From a virus (Duplodnaviria; Caudoviricetes), in the IMG/VR virus record IMGVR_UViG_3300022591_000002: a DNA stretch of 64,000 nucleotides, one strand, 5' to 3'. The notes under the pieces were generated by a model. The model did not search any database. It saw only the letters and a list, made by a program, of their open reading frames with translations, and had not been told where the DNA came from. Of this stretch, positions 45,407 to 55,013 are shown in pieces; positions within the stretch are counted from its first letter, which is position 1; each line of letters starts with the position of its first letter. The translations under genes and the position numbers were made by a program.

Positions 45407-47467
45407 ATGAACGCTCTAGAAATTATAGCCCAAGATTTATTCGACAAAGTACGTAGTCGCTTTTCTAACCTGCAAATGGGTGATGAAACTGGCGCCGTTA
45501 CACTAGACCCTAAAGAAGCAAGAATGTTTGACTTCGATTTTATTCTAGAGGGTAATAACTTAGGGCGTGTTAGTATCAGTATTAACAATATCGGCAGTTT
45601 AAAAGTATTTTACAGCCAAGGAATTGTAGAAGGCATTGACCATGTGTCAGCAGGACAATGGTATGACTTCTTAAAAGAAATGAGAGGATTTGCTAAACGT
45701 AGATTATTACGTTTTGATGCACGAGACATCAGCAAAGATTTCTTAGACCAAAACGACTTTCAGTTTTTAGCACAAAACGGATCACCACAGGAAAACGCTA
45801 TGCAAGAATCAAACTACTATGGTAGCTCAATGAGCAGTTACCGCAAACTAGAAAACACAAAATTAATTTTGCGCCATTCTAAGGCGGTTGACGAAAATGC
45901 AGTTGGTGGCCGTAGCCGCAACGTCAAAGCAATCTTCATCGAAAATGAAGCAGGCGAGCGTTTTAAATATCCATTCATTCATTTAGCAGGTGCTAAGGCA
46001 ATGCAACGTCACGTAGCTAATGGCGGTAACCCATTTGATGCGGCTGGTAATGCTATCACAACAATGAGCGAACACATTATCAAATTAGGTTCATTCAAAC
46101 GTCATGTTGGTAATGCTCAGAACTTAACAACAGAAGCTGTTGGCATTTTAGATCGTGCAAGTGGCAAGTTAACTCAGCTACGTAACACAATGGAAGCTAT
46201 CAGCAAGCAAAAGAATTATGAAGCATGGAGAGAGTCAGTTGATGCTACTCCGTTATCACAAATTGAAGAACTAGATGAAACAACTCTAGCAGATTTTAAA
46301 TCCAAATTTACAGTTAGCTCATTTAAAGATGACCTAGCACAATACTTCCCACTATTGAACAGCATCATGCACGAGTCGGGCGAAGTTGATTTAGAAGACT
46401 ACGTTGGCGAAGGTAAAGACGTTTGCACTTGCGATCAAGAAGGTGGCGAAGATGAGTGTCCAGTACACGGCGACTCAGTCGAAGAAAATACAGATCATCT
46501 AAAGAATCCAAACACTCCTGCATACTTACGTAAGAAAGCTGGTTACAAATTAAGCAAAGACGATGTCAAGAACGATGCTAATAAACACAAGTACGATTTC
46601 CATAAACGTGCTCACGGTGAAAAGCATCCAGAAGACACACGTGAAAGTTTCTCAGCATTTGAAGCATGGGCAGATGATTTAGATCCATTTAGTCCTAGCA
46701 AGTTAGTACGTGAAGGTGGAGATCAAAGCCCAGAAGAACGTCAACAATCTATGAAGTATATCATTGATTTAAACAAGGCTGTTAAATCAGGACAAGTACA
46801 ACCTACTCCAGAACTTAAACAAGAGTTTGAACAACAACTAGGTGTTTATGGCTTTGGTATGCGTGATGACGAAATTGATCGTGCATGGCAACGCATTACT
46901 GGCGAGAAGGCTACTCCATCAGTAGATCCAAAGCTACGCCGTCCAGCTCCTCCAATGGACATGCACGGTGACGATAGCGATGATGAAGTTGATCCAGACG
47001 TGAGCAAATACAAAGGTATGGCAAAACGTGGTAGCATTGGCACAGATGACTTTGGTGCAGAGCTAGGTGAAGAAGATGGTGAAATGTCTCCAAAGGGTAA
47101 ACCACCAATCAAAGAAATTGCCGAAGTAGTTAAGTCAATGTTTGACCCAATTGCAGGTGCGTTCCCAAGAGGCGAAACAGGTGTAAAAACTCATATCGCA
47201 GTTAAGTATGGTGACGAAGCAGGTGACCTTGCAGAAAGACTATGTAGCTATTTGATACAAAAGCACGGCGACAACAAGCAAATGGAAGCTATCCGCAGAT
47301 TAAGCGGGTTACCTACTCTATCAGAAGCTGAAAAGAAGACTATGAGCAAGGCCGCTAAGGGTGTAATGAAGTACGGTAAAAAGGGTATGCAGGCATTAGC
47401 CAAGGCTGGTAAAGAAGGCAAGAGCCTTGATAAAGTCCGCGACAAGTATAACAAGTACAAAGACTAA
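45407..47467 (+). CDS. Large hypothetical, probably virion/internal head protein
   Basis: 686 aa with TAAATA 6 nt before the ATG. Ordered N-terminal ~330 aa, then alternating acidic and basic blocks bounded by x-x-E sites. Confidence 0.5.
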   Translation: MNALEIIAQDLFDKVRSRFSNLQMGDETGAVTLDPKEARMFDFDFILEGNNLGRVSISINNIGSLKVFYSQGIVEGIDHVSAGQWYDFLKEMRGFAKRRLLRFDARDISKDFLDQNDFQFLAQNGSPQENAMQESNYYGSSMSSYRKLENTKLILRHSKAVDENAVGGRSRNVKAIFIENEAGERFKYPFIHLAGAKAMQRHVANGGNPFDAAGNAITTMSEHIIKLGSFKRHVGNAQNLTTEAVGILDRASGKLTQLRNTMEAISKQKNYEAWRESVDATPLSQIEELDETTLADFKSKFTVSSFKDDLAQYFPLLNSIMHESGEVDLEDYVGEGKDVCTCDQEGGEDECPVHGDSVEENTDHLKNPNTPAYLRKKAGYKLSKDDVKNDANKHKYDFHKRAHGEKHPEDTRESFSAFEAWADDLDPFSPSKLVREGGDQSPEERQQSMKYIIDLNKAVKSGQVQPTPELKQEFEQQLGVYGFGMRDDEIDRAWQRITGEKATPSVDPKLRRPAPPMDMHGDDSDDEVDPDVSKYKGMAKRGSIGTDDFGAELGEEDGEMSPKGKPPIKEIAEVVKSMFDPIAGAFPRGETGVKTHIAVKYGDEAGDLAERLCSYLIQKHGDNKQMEAIRRLSGLPTLSEAEKKTMSKAAKGVMKYGKKGMQALAKAGKEGKSLDKVRDKYNKYKD

Positions 47468-47503
47468 TTGGCTAAAATAACCAGTTTTTCCTGCTGGTAA
47501 AAG

Positions 47504-47532
47504 TTGACAGGATAAATAAAAACGCATACAAT
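47504..47532 (+). promoter_or_regulatory. sigma70-type early promoter for the gp32-UvsX-UvsY-UvsW operon
   Basis: TTGACA (47504-47509), a 17-nt spacer, then TACAAT (47527-47532). TAAATA also occurs inside the spacer. Confidence 0.85.
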
Positions 47533-47549
47533 TACAGTATGCGTTTTTT
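47518..47549. terminator. Perfect 12-bp inverted repeat / bidirectional terminator overlapping the -10 box
   Basis: AAAAACGCATAC-aattaca-GTATGCGTTTTT(T). Confidence 0.7.
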
Positions 47550-47612
47550 CTTTAGTGTAGTTGCATTAAAGAATTAGGCAAACAAAGGCATAACAATTAA
47601 GGAGAATATATT

Positions 47613-48635
47613 ATGGCATCTTTGGCAGAAATCAGAGCAAAACTTCAAGCAAGTTCACAACAAAACACCGGTGGCTCAACAGGTGGTGACAACGCAATTT
47701 ACCCCCATTGGAACGCCGCAGAAGGCACAACTACAACAGTTCGCTTCCTTCCAGACGGTGACGCAAACAACACATTTTTCTGGGTTGAACGTGCAATGAT
47801 CAAACTTCCATTCGCTGGAATTAAGGGTGAAACAAACTCAAAACCCGTAACAGTACAAGTACCTTGCATGGAAATGTACGGCGAAACTTGTCCAATTCTA
47901 ACTGAGGTTCGTCCTTGGTTCAAAGACAAGAGCTTGGAAGAAATGGGTCGTAAGTATTGGAAAAAGCGTTCATACTTGTTCCAAGGTTTTGTAACAACAT
48001 CTGAACTTAAAGAAGACAAAACCCCTGAGAATCCAATTCGTCGATTCATCATCGGTAGTCAAATCCACAACATCATCAAGAACGCATTGATGGACTCAGA
48101 AATTGAAGAATTGCCAACCGACTATGTTCGCGGTCTAGATTTTAAGATCGTTAAAACAAGCAAAGGCGGTTACGCAGATTACTCAACATCAAACTGGGCT
48201 CGTCGTGAACGTGCGATCAGTGCAGATGAACAAGCCGCTATTGATCAATATGGTTTGTTTGATCTTAAGAGCTTCCTTCCTAAGAAGCCAGGTGAAGTTG
48301 AACTCAAGGTTATCAAAGAAATGTTCGAAGCGTCAGTAGACGGCGAAGCATTTGATATGGACCGTTGGGGTCAGTACTTCAAACCAGCTGGTATGGGTGG
48401 TAGCGGTCAAGCAACTGGCTCAGCACCACGTGCGGCAGTAGCTACTCCAGCGCCAGCAGGGGAAGATGATGACGTCCCTTTTGAGAGTGCGGCATCAGCA
48501 CCCGCAGTTAAAGTTGCTGAATCAACTCCTGTGGCAGAGAAAACTGCACCAGCGGCTGAATCATCAAGCGGCAGTGAAGCAAGTGCAAGAGCGCAAGACA
48601 TTCTTGCAATGATCCGTAACCGTCAAAAAGCATAA
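47613..48635 (+). CDS. Single-stranded DNA-binding protein (T4 gp32-like)
   Basis: VRFLPDGD...FFWVER, VQVPCMEMYGETCPI and YWKKRSYLFQGFV, with an acidic C-terminal region. AAGGAG SD. Confidence 0.9.
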   Translation: MASLAEIRAKLQASSQQNTGGSTGGDNAIYPHWNAAEGTTTTVRFLPDGDANNTFFWVERAMIKLPFAGIKGETNSKPVTVQVPCMEMYGETCPILTEVRPWFKDKSLEEMGRKYWKKRSYLFQGFVTTSELKEDKTPENPIRRFIIGSQIHNIIKNALMDSEIEELPTDYVRGLDFKIVKTSKGGYADYSTSNWARRERAISADEQAAIDQYGLFDLKSFLPKKPGEVELKVIKEMFEASVDGEAFDMDRWGQYFKPAGMGGSGQATGSAPRAAVATPAPAGEDDDVPFESAASAPAVKVAESTPVAEKTAPAAESSSGSEASARAQDILAMIRNRQKA

Positions 48636-48650
48636 TTTAGGAGATAGACT

Positions 48651-49715
48651 ATGGGAAAAGCCTTCGATATTTCGAAGTTCCGTAAGTCTATCACTAAGTC
48701 GATTGACGGCTTAGGTATAGGCTTTAATGATCCAACAGATTGGATCTCAACGGGCAATTACGCACTCAATTACCTTATTTCAGGTGACTTCTTCAAAGGA
48801 GTTCCACTGGGCAAAGTAACGGTATTTGCGGGCGAATCAGGAGCAGGTAAGAGTTATATCTGTTCAGGTAACATTATTAAAGCGGCACAAGAACAAGGTA
48901 TTTTTGTTGTCTTAGTTGACTCAGAAAACGCTTTGGACAAGCAGTGGTTAATTGATTTGGGTGTTGATATTTCAGAAGATAAACTTTTGAAACTTAACAT
49001 GGCAATGATTGATGACGTGGCAAAAACCATTTCAGAATTCATGAAAGAATACAAAGCAATGCCAACTGAAGAACGTACAAAGGTCTTGTTTGTAATTGAC
49101 TCGCTAGGTATGTTGCTTACTCCTACTGACGTTAATCAGTTCGAAGCAGGTGAAATGAAAGGTGATATGGGCCGTAAGCCTAAAGCACTTACATCACTAG
49201 TTCGTAACTGTGTTAATATGTTTGGTAGTTATAATGTAGGTATGGTTTGTACAAATCACACTTACGCATCGCAAGATATGTTTGACCCAGATGACAAGAT
49301 TTCAGGTGGTCAAGGTTTCGTTTACGCATCATCAATTGTTGTTGCTATGAAGAAACTTAAACTGAAAACTGATGCAGATGGTAACAAAGTATCTGACGTA
49401 TTAGGTATCCGTTCAGCATGTAAAATCATGAAGACACGTTATGCAAAACCTTTTGAAAGTGTTCAAGTTGAGATTCCATATTCAACTGGTATGAGCCCTA
49501 CATCCGGTTTGGTTGACATGTTCGAGAAAATGGGTGTATTATCTAAAGTCGGGAATAAATTAGCATACACCAGTAAAGAAACTGGTGAGATTGTTGCAGA
49601 GTTCCGTAAGAATTGGACTGAAGATAAACTACACGTTATCATGAACGAGTGGGATGCCAAGGCGGCAGAATCTTTAACTACAACAGAAACTACTACTGAG
49701 GATGAAGAAGCATAA
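48651..49715 (+). CDS. uvsX: RecA-like recombinase UvsX
   Basis: WISTGNYALNYLISG, Walker A FAGESGAGKS, VIDSLGML, SGGQGFVYASSIVV and KTRYAKPF. Confidence 0.93.
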   Translation: MGKAFDISKFRKSITKSIDGLGIGFNDPTDWISTGNYALNYLISGDFFKGVPLGKVTVFAGESGAGKSYICSGNIIKAAQEQGIFVVLVDSENALDKQWLIDLGVDISEDKLLKLNMAMIDDVAKTISEFMKEYKAMPTEERTKVLFVIDSLGMLLTPTDVNQFEAGEMKGDMGRKPKALTSLVRNCVNMFGSYNVGMVCTNHTYASQDMFDPDDKISGGQGFVYASSIVVAMKKLKLKTDADGNKVSDVLGIRSACKIMKTRYAKPFESVQVEIPYSTGMSPTSGLVDMFEKMGVLSKVGNKLAYTSKETGEIVAEFRKNWTEDKLHVIMNEWDAKAAESLTTTETTTEDEEA

Positions 49716-49966
49716 TGGATGAAAATCTAATTATTACACTTTGGGATACTTTTAAAGAGTATATCCCAGAAAAGAATCGTGACATGGCCGCAAATCATTA
49801 CGTTGATTTTTTGCTAGGTAACGATATCGATGCAAGTACATTGTCTGGATACATGGGCTACGACCCACATCTTGATGATGCCATCAAAACGGTTGTTGAC
49901 GAAGAAAGCGGCGATGATGACGACTACGACGAAGACAATTCAGGGTACGAAGACGAGGATTATTAA
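49715..49966 (+). CDS. Small acidic hypothetical protein
   Basis: 83 aa with a D/E-rich tail, coupled between uvsX and uvsY. Confidence 0.6.
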   Translation: MDENLIITLWDTFKEYIPEKNRDMAANHYVDFLLGNDIDASTLSGYMGYDPHLDDAIKTVVDEESGDDDDYDEDNSGYEDEDY

Positions 49967-50418
49967 TGTGGTATAGTAAGGTTAGTAGAGATATCTCGCA
50001 CTTGCCTGACTGTATAGAATATTATTATTCTCAGTTAGACGATGCTAGAAAGGAAGTTAAGGTATACGGCAATCTTGAGAAAGCCAGTGCCTCACTTCCT
50101 GGCATCGTCGAACAACGTTTCAATCAACTCCAGGAAATAGAAGCAATCCTGGAGTATTTGAACATAGAATTACGTAGAACACGTAGTAAAGCATTTAAGA
50201 AGTATCTGGAAAATTATCAACGAGCTTTGAGTAGCAGAGACTGCGAAAAGTATGTTGACGGTGAGGCCGACGTAGTCGATCTAGAGAAAATTGTTAACGA
50301 GTTTGCCTTGTTACGCAATCAATGGCTAGGGATTATTAAAGGTCTTGATATTAAACAATGGCAAATGAGTAATATTATCAAATTACGAACTGCCGGAATG
50401 GAAGATGTACAGATCTAA
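49966..50418 (+). CDS. uvsY: Recombination mediator UvsY
   Basis: 150-aa helical protein (ALSSRDCEKYVDGEADVV...KGLDIKQWQMSNIIKLRTAGMED) downstream of uvsX. Confidence 0.75.
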   Translation: MWYSKVSRDISHLPDCIEYYYSQLDDARKEVKVYGNLEKASASLPGIVEQRFNQLQEIEAILEYLNIELRRTRSKAFKKYLENYQRALSSRDCEKYVDGEADVVDLEKIVNEFALLRNQWLGIIKGLDIKQWQMSNIIKLRTAGMEDVQI

Positions 50419-51635
50419 TGTATATAGAAGATTTGATATTGCGAACTGCCGGTCACGGCAAGTGGTTGTTTGAACCAGCCTTCACACTTTCTACTGATTT
50501 TGAAAAACGTTTTATCGAAAGCGTTGCAGAACAGATAGATAGAGGCGAAGCACTGACTGAAAAGCAGGCAAATCTTGCACTCAAGCTACTAGGTAAGGTT
50601 GAACCACAACTTGTTGCCTACTTCAAAACCAAGACTTGGGATTTATTGAATCCAAGTTTCAAAAAACAATTTAGAACACTACTGCCTGTGTCAAGCATTG
50701 AGGTTGACAAGTCAGAAATTCCAGGAAAAATTGTTGTACGATTCCCATACCACGAAGCAACCATCAAAGATATCAAAGATTTCAAAAATCAAAACACTGG
50801 GTTTAACGCAGATTGGCATCCTGACAAAAAAGCATGGATTTTTGCTCTACGTGAAGACTGTATTAAATTTTTACAGACAAAAGTTGTACCGCGTGGTTTT
50901 ACAACCGACGAAAATTTCAAGGAATTAGTCGTACAAGTTGAAAATATTGAAAATAACCTAGAAAGTTATTTGCCTATGGTTGTGCTTGAAGAAGGCAAAC
51001 CAAAATTTATCAATGTTTTTGACAATGTCCCTCAACCAGCAGGCAATGATATTGTTCACGCATTATTTTTAGCCCGTCAATTTGGCATTACAACCTACAG
51101 TGATGAAATTAGTCAGTGGATTGAGGGAAATATTGAAAATCCCATCACAAAATCCTTGATCAACGCAACCTACTCAAAACAGGGGTTGTGGGTAGATTCA
51201 AAAACTCACACAGTTGACACGTTTAAGGACATTGTTGACTACGGACAACCTTTATTGATTGTTGTTCCAGGTGGTAGTGAATACAAGAGTCTTAAAGAAT
51301 GGCACGAATTTGTAAAATCTTGTGGAATTGAGGACAAAGACATCAGTGTCATGTTTAGACTGCCAAATGAAGGCAAGGGCGATTTCAATCTCTACGTCAA
51401 AGAACATAATTTGAATAATGAAATTGCTGGCAATACCAAAGTAGTGTTTGTTAGTGTAAAAATTCCTAAGCCATTAGTGAAGACAAACATCAAATTTAAT
51501 GCTATAATAAATTTAGGGTTCTATTTGAATACACATTACACGATGGAGACGTTAATTCGTTCAAGTTCAACGTTATTTTTCTATACAGATACAGAACCAA
51601 AGGTGAACAGATACAATACATATGGCTACCGCTAA
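50418..51635 (+). CDS. Hypothetical protein with HARP-like segment, upstream of UvsW
   Basis: IVVRFPYHEATIKDIK...WHPDKKAWIF resembles HARP-type domains. Overlaps the uvsW start. Confidence 0.45.
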   Translation: MYIEDLILRTAGHGKWLFEPAFTLSTDFEKRFIESVAEQIDRGEALTEKQANLALKLLGKVEPQLVAYFKTKTWDLLNPSFKKQFRTLLPVSSIEVDKSEIPGKIVVRFPYHEATIKDIKDFKNQNTGFNADWHPDKKAWIFALREDCIKFLQTKVVPRGFTTDENFKELVVQVENIENNLESYLPMVVLEEGKPKFINVFDNVPQPAGNDIVHALFLARQFGITTYSDEISQWIEGNIENPITKSLINATYSKQGLWVDSKTHTVDTFKDIVDYGQPLLIVVPGGSEYKSLKEWHEFVKSCGIEDKDISVMFRLPNEGKGDFNLYVKEHNLNNEIAGNTKVVFVSVKIPKPLVKTNIKFNAIINLGFYLNTHYTMETLIRSSSTLFFYTDTEPKVNRYNTYGYR

Positions 51636-53082
51636 AATAATAATTAAAGACGAAGTCAACGTAAAGATAGAAGGTCTTGATTTAGACACTAGGAAAGACC
51701 TAGTGAAGAAATTTAAGTATTTTGACCAAAAAGCACGTTACATGCCTGCCTACAAATTAGGTCGGTGGGATGGGTGTACGGCATTTTTTGGTCTTGGCGG
51801 TACTACCTATGTCAGCTTGTTAGACCGAGTGCTTCCACTTTTAACACAGTGGGGTTACTACATCGAAGTTGAAGATCAACGTCATCCAGTTAGCCTAGAA
51901 TTCCCCAAGATTTCTGAAGATTTTTGGGGTGACACAGTCTGGCCAGAAGGACATCGGTTTGCTGGCGAGAAGATTAGACTACGTGATGACCAAGTTGATG
52001 TTGTCAACAAGTTCCTTGAGAATCCACAATGCATACAAGAAATTGCCACTGGCTTTGGTAAGACAATTACCACCGCAACTTTGGCAAAAATCTGTGAAAA
52101 ATATGGTCGAACTGTAACCATTGTGCCAAACAAGAGTCTAGTTGAACAAACAGAAGAAGACTTTATCAACTGCGGATTAGACGTTGGTGTTTACTACGGC
52201 GACAGAAAAGACCTAGACAAAACACACACAATATGCACTTGGCAAAGTTTGAATATTTTAGATAAAAAAGGCAAAAATGCCGAAGAAAATGCTGAAATTT
52301 TAACCGTGGCAGAATTGCTTGAAAACGTACAAACTGTAATGGTTGACGAAGTTCATATGGCCAAGGCGGAAGTGTTGAAAAATTTATTAACACGCAATCT
52401 AGCAAATACTCCAATCCGTTGGGGACTTACAGGTACCATACCAAAAGAGGATATTGACTTCGAAAATATCCGTGCTAGCCTGGGCGAAGTAGTAAATCGT
52501 GTTAAGGCACATGAATTACAAGAACAGGGCGTACTAAGTGACTGCCACGTTAATATTGTACAAACACAAGAGTGGAAAGAATTTGAAAGCTACCCTGCAG
52601 AATTAAAATACTTGGTAACAGATGACACTAGAATGGAGTGGATCGCCAAGTTAATCAACAAAATTTCTGAAGCAGGAAACACACTAGTATTAGTTGATAG
52701 AATTGAGTCAGGAAAGTTTTTAATAAACGAATTACCCGAAGCAGTTTTTATTAGCGGTGCTGTAAAAACTAAAGATAGGAAAGAAGAATATGACGAAATT
52801 AAAACTGCTGACAACAAGATTATTGTGGCGACTTACGGTGTGGCCGCTGTGGGTATTAATATTCCTAGGATCTTCAATATGGTGCTTCTGGAACCCGGAA
52901 AGAGCTTTGTCCGCGTTATCCAATCTATTGGACGAGGCATTCGCAAAGCAGACGACAAAGACTTCGTCCAAATCTGGGACATAACTGCAAGTTCCAAATA
53001 TGCCAAGCGTCACTTAACAGAACGCAAGAAATATTACAAAGAAGCCAAATACCCATTTACAATTGAAAAGGTGAAATACTAA
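51622..53082 (+). CDS. uvsW: SF2 DNA helicase UvsW
   Basis: IATGFGKT, IVPNKSLVEQT, VDEVH, GLTGT and QSIGRGIRK. Confidence 0.9.
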   Translation: MATAKIIIKDEVNVKIEGLDLDTRKDLVKKFKYFDQKARYMPAYKLGRWDGCTAFFGLGGTTYVSLLDRVLPLLTQWGYYIEVEDQRHPVSLEFPKISEDFWGDTVWPEGHRFAGEKIRLRDDQVDVVNKFLENPQCIQEIATGFGKTITTATLAKICEKYGRTVTIVPNKSLVEQTEEDFINCGLDVGVYYGDRKDLDKTHTICTWQSLNILDKKGKNAEENAEILTVAELLENVQTVMVDEVHMAKAEVLKNLLTRNLANTPIRWGLTGTIPKEDIDFENIRASLGEVVNRVKAHELQEQGVLSDCHVNIVQTQEWKEFESYPAELKYLVTDDTRMEWIAKLINKISEAGNTLVLVDRIESGKFLINELPEAVFISGAVKTKDRKEEYDEIKTADNKIIVATYGVAAVGINIPRIFNMVLLEPGKSFVRVIQSIGRGIRKADDKDFVQIWDITASSKYAKRHLTERKKYYKEAKYPFTIEKVKY

Positions 53083-53586
53083 ATGCAAATACTTACGCTA
53101 GATAACAAGACATTCTATTTGAATGACTTGCCTGAGGAAATCGATGAAGACATGCGATTTGCTGTCATGGATAATAGTGATCCACAAAATCCTGACTATT
53201 TTTACCTCCCGCTGGTATTTTTAGAGTCATTCACAGGACCTGCCGCGGTACTAAAAATTGGTCCACACGAAATTACTATGCCACTCGATTGGTGTTGTAT
53301 TGTTGGAGATCCAACTGGACCAGAGATGGAAGTTCTTCCGTTGACTAGTTTAAATGACAGAGGATTTAAGACATTCTGCTTTAATCCATTAAGTAGTTTT
53401 CGACCAGAATTTCATGACATTGACATCATCAATGTTTACCAAGATGTCAAGTGGTATTTCCCTAAGATGAAGCCGGGGCAGTTACTTGCTACACCTTTAC
53501 ACGCAGGCGAGAAGCCAACGTGTGCTTACTTTGTTAAAGAAGTTAGTCGTCAAAGCGAAATAGTAAATTATACACTTTGCTGGTAA
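53083..53586 (+). CDS. Conserved hypothetical beta-rich protein
   Basis: 167-aa ORF starting immediately after the uvsW stop. Confidence 0.65.
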   Translation: MQILTLDNKTFYLNDLPEEIDEDMRFAVMDNSDPQNPDYFYLPLVFLESFTGPAAVLKIGPHEITMPLDWCCIVGDPTGPEMEVLPLTSLNDRGFKTFCFNPLSSFRPEFHDIDIINVYQDVKWYFPKMKPGQLLATPLHAGEKPTCAYFVKEVSRQSEIVNYTLCW

Positions 53587-53591
53587 AAAAA

Positions 53592-53876
53592 ATGGGAAAT
53601 CTTAAGCCAGGCGCAACCTACGTATACGAACGACAAGGCGGTACTGTGTATGCTCGTGAGATGGGCGCACCGGCCGCTGATAGATTTCCTATAGGTTGGG
53701 ATTGGGAACCAGAAAACAATCCCTCCAGAGTTAAAGGCGCAAGTCCAGATAGTATTTTGGAAGCACAACTTTGGTATAGAATTAAAGAAGCATCACTTAC
53801 CAATCCCACTTTACACGAAGCTATTGAACGTGTTAAACTGTTATATTACTTGAGCAAAGAAAAAGATGGCACTTGA
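53592..53876 (+). CDS. Hypothetical protein
   Basis: The probable ATG at 53592 (MGNLKPGATYVYER) follows the previous stop. Confidence 0.55.
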   Translation: MGNLKPGATYVYERQGGTVYAREMGAPAADRFPIGWDWEPENNPSRVKGASPDSILEAQLWYRIKEASLTNPTLHEAIERVKLLYYLSKEKDGT

Positions 53877-54321
53877 TATCAAACGTGAATTGAATGCAGT
53901 AGACAAGAAGATCTATGACTTCTATGATAAACTAACTCCTGAAGAACAGAAGGAGTTTAGCCCCTATGTATTGATGCGATACGTTGCTAACGTTCAAGGA
54001 GATCCAGATATTCAAGCATGGTTCTTAGAAATGACCAATGAGTTAATTAACAAGAATCATTGGGACCTCAGTAAGAATCACAAGGCATTGTTGTGGAAAC
54101 TGTTTGCGGCATGTGGTGCAGGAGTGCCATGTTATCATCCTTATCTTAAAGCAGGATCAAAAGAAAAAGCAGTTAAGATTGAAAAGTTATTGGCAGAATT
54201 ATATCCAGCATACAAGCTAGAAGATATTAAAATGATGGCCAAGATGATGACAAAAGAAGACAAGAACGAACTATTTGATAAGATGGGCTTTGACAAAAAG
54301 CAACGGAAAGAATACGAGTGA
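53866..54321 (+). CDS. Probable clamp-loader small subunit (T4 gp62-like)
   Basis: The FSPYVLMRY...NE..N...L...HPYLK pattern and length fit gp62-like proteins, and it lies in the replication operon. Confidence 0.5.
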   Translation: MALDIKRELNAVDKKIYDFYDKLTPEEQKEFSPYVLMRYVANVQGDPDIQAWFLEMTNELINKNHWDLSKNHKALLWKLFAACGAGVPCYHPYLKAGSKEKAVKIEKLLAELYPAYKLEDIKMMAKMMTKEDKNELFDKMGFDKKQRKEYE

Positions 54322-55013
54322 TGCAATTAGCTGACCAGCCTTTTGTTTGTACACATTGTGGTAAAAGATTCATGCAGGAAAAAACTCTGTATGCCCACAT
54401 GTGCGAGCCTAAGCGTAGGTTTATGCAACGAGATGAAAAACGAGTACAGGCAGGCTTCTTTGCGTTCAACAGATATTACAGACTAGTACAAGGTGCAAAG
54501 AAAGACAAAACATATGAAGAGTTCTGTAAGAGTGCTTACTACAACGCTTTCGTTAAATTTGGCAGTTTTGTCAACAATGTTAATCCCCTATATGCTGATA
54601 AGTTTATTGATTACGTTATTAAGAGCGGAGTAAAACTTGACCATTGGTGTAGAGATGAATTGTATGAAACATATCTATACGAGATGCTTAAGGTTGAACC
54701 TGTTGAAAGTGCAATACAACGAGCATTAACAACAATGATGGATTGGGGTGAAGCAACAGACGCTCGATGGAACCATTATTTTAGATACGCTAGTCAAAGT
54801 AGAATTGTACAAAATATACGTGATGGCAAAATTAGTCCTTGGATATTCTTAAACTGTGAATCCGGTAAGGAACTTCTTACAAGTTTAAATCAGGATCAAA
54901 TGGAACTTATTACAAGTGCCATTGACTTGCAGTGGTGGGTAGGACATATTAAGAAATTCAAAGCAGATGCAAATGTAGTCAAGGAAGTTTGTAGGGAAGC
55001 AGATATACCATGA
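54318..55013 (+). CDS. Hypothetical replication-operon protein with N-terminal classical zinc finger
   Basis: FVCTHCGKRFMQEKTLYAHMC fits C-x2-C-x3-F-x5-L-x2-H-x-C. Confidence 0.65.
   Translation: MMQLADQPFVCTHCGKRFMQEKTLYAHMCEPKRRFMQRDEKRVQAGFFAFNRYYRLVQGAKKDKTYEEFCKSAYYNAFVKFGSFVNNVNPLYADKFIDYVIKSGVKLDHWCRDELYETYLYEMLKVEPVESAIQRALTTMMDWGEATDARWNHYFRYASQSRIVQNIRDGKISPWIFLNCESGKELLTSLNQDQMELITSAIDLQWWVGHIKKFKADANVVKEVCREADIP

Noticed and set aside
53585-53592. A8 run as a programmed frameshift fusing the 53083 and 53592 ORFs
   Set aside because: The upstream stop (TAA) is at the start of the run and an in-place ATG follows. No downstream stimulatory structure is evident, so ordinary re-initiation explains it.
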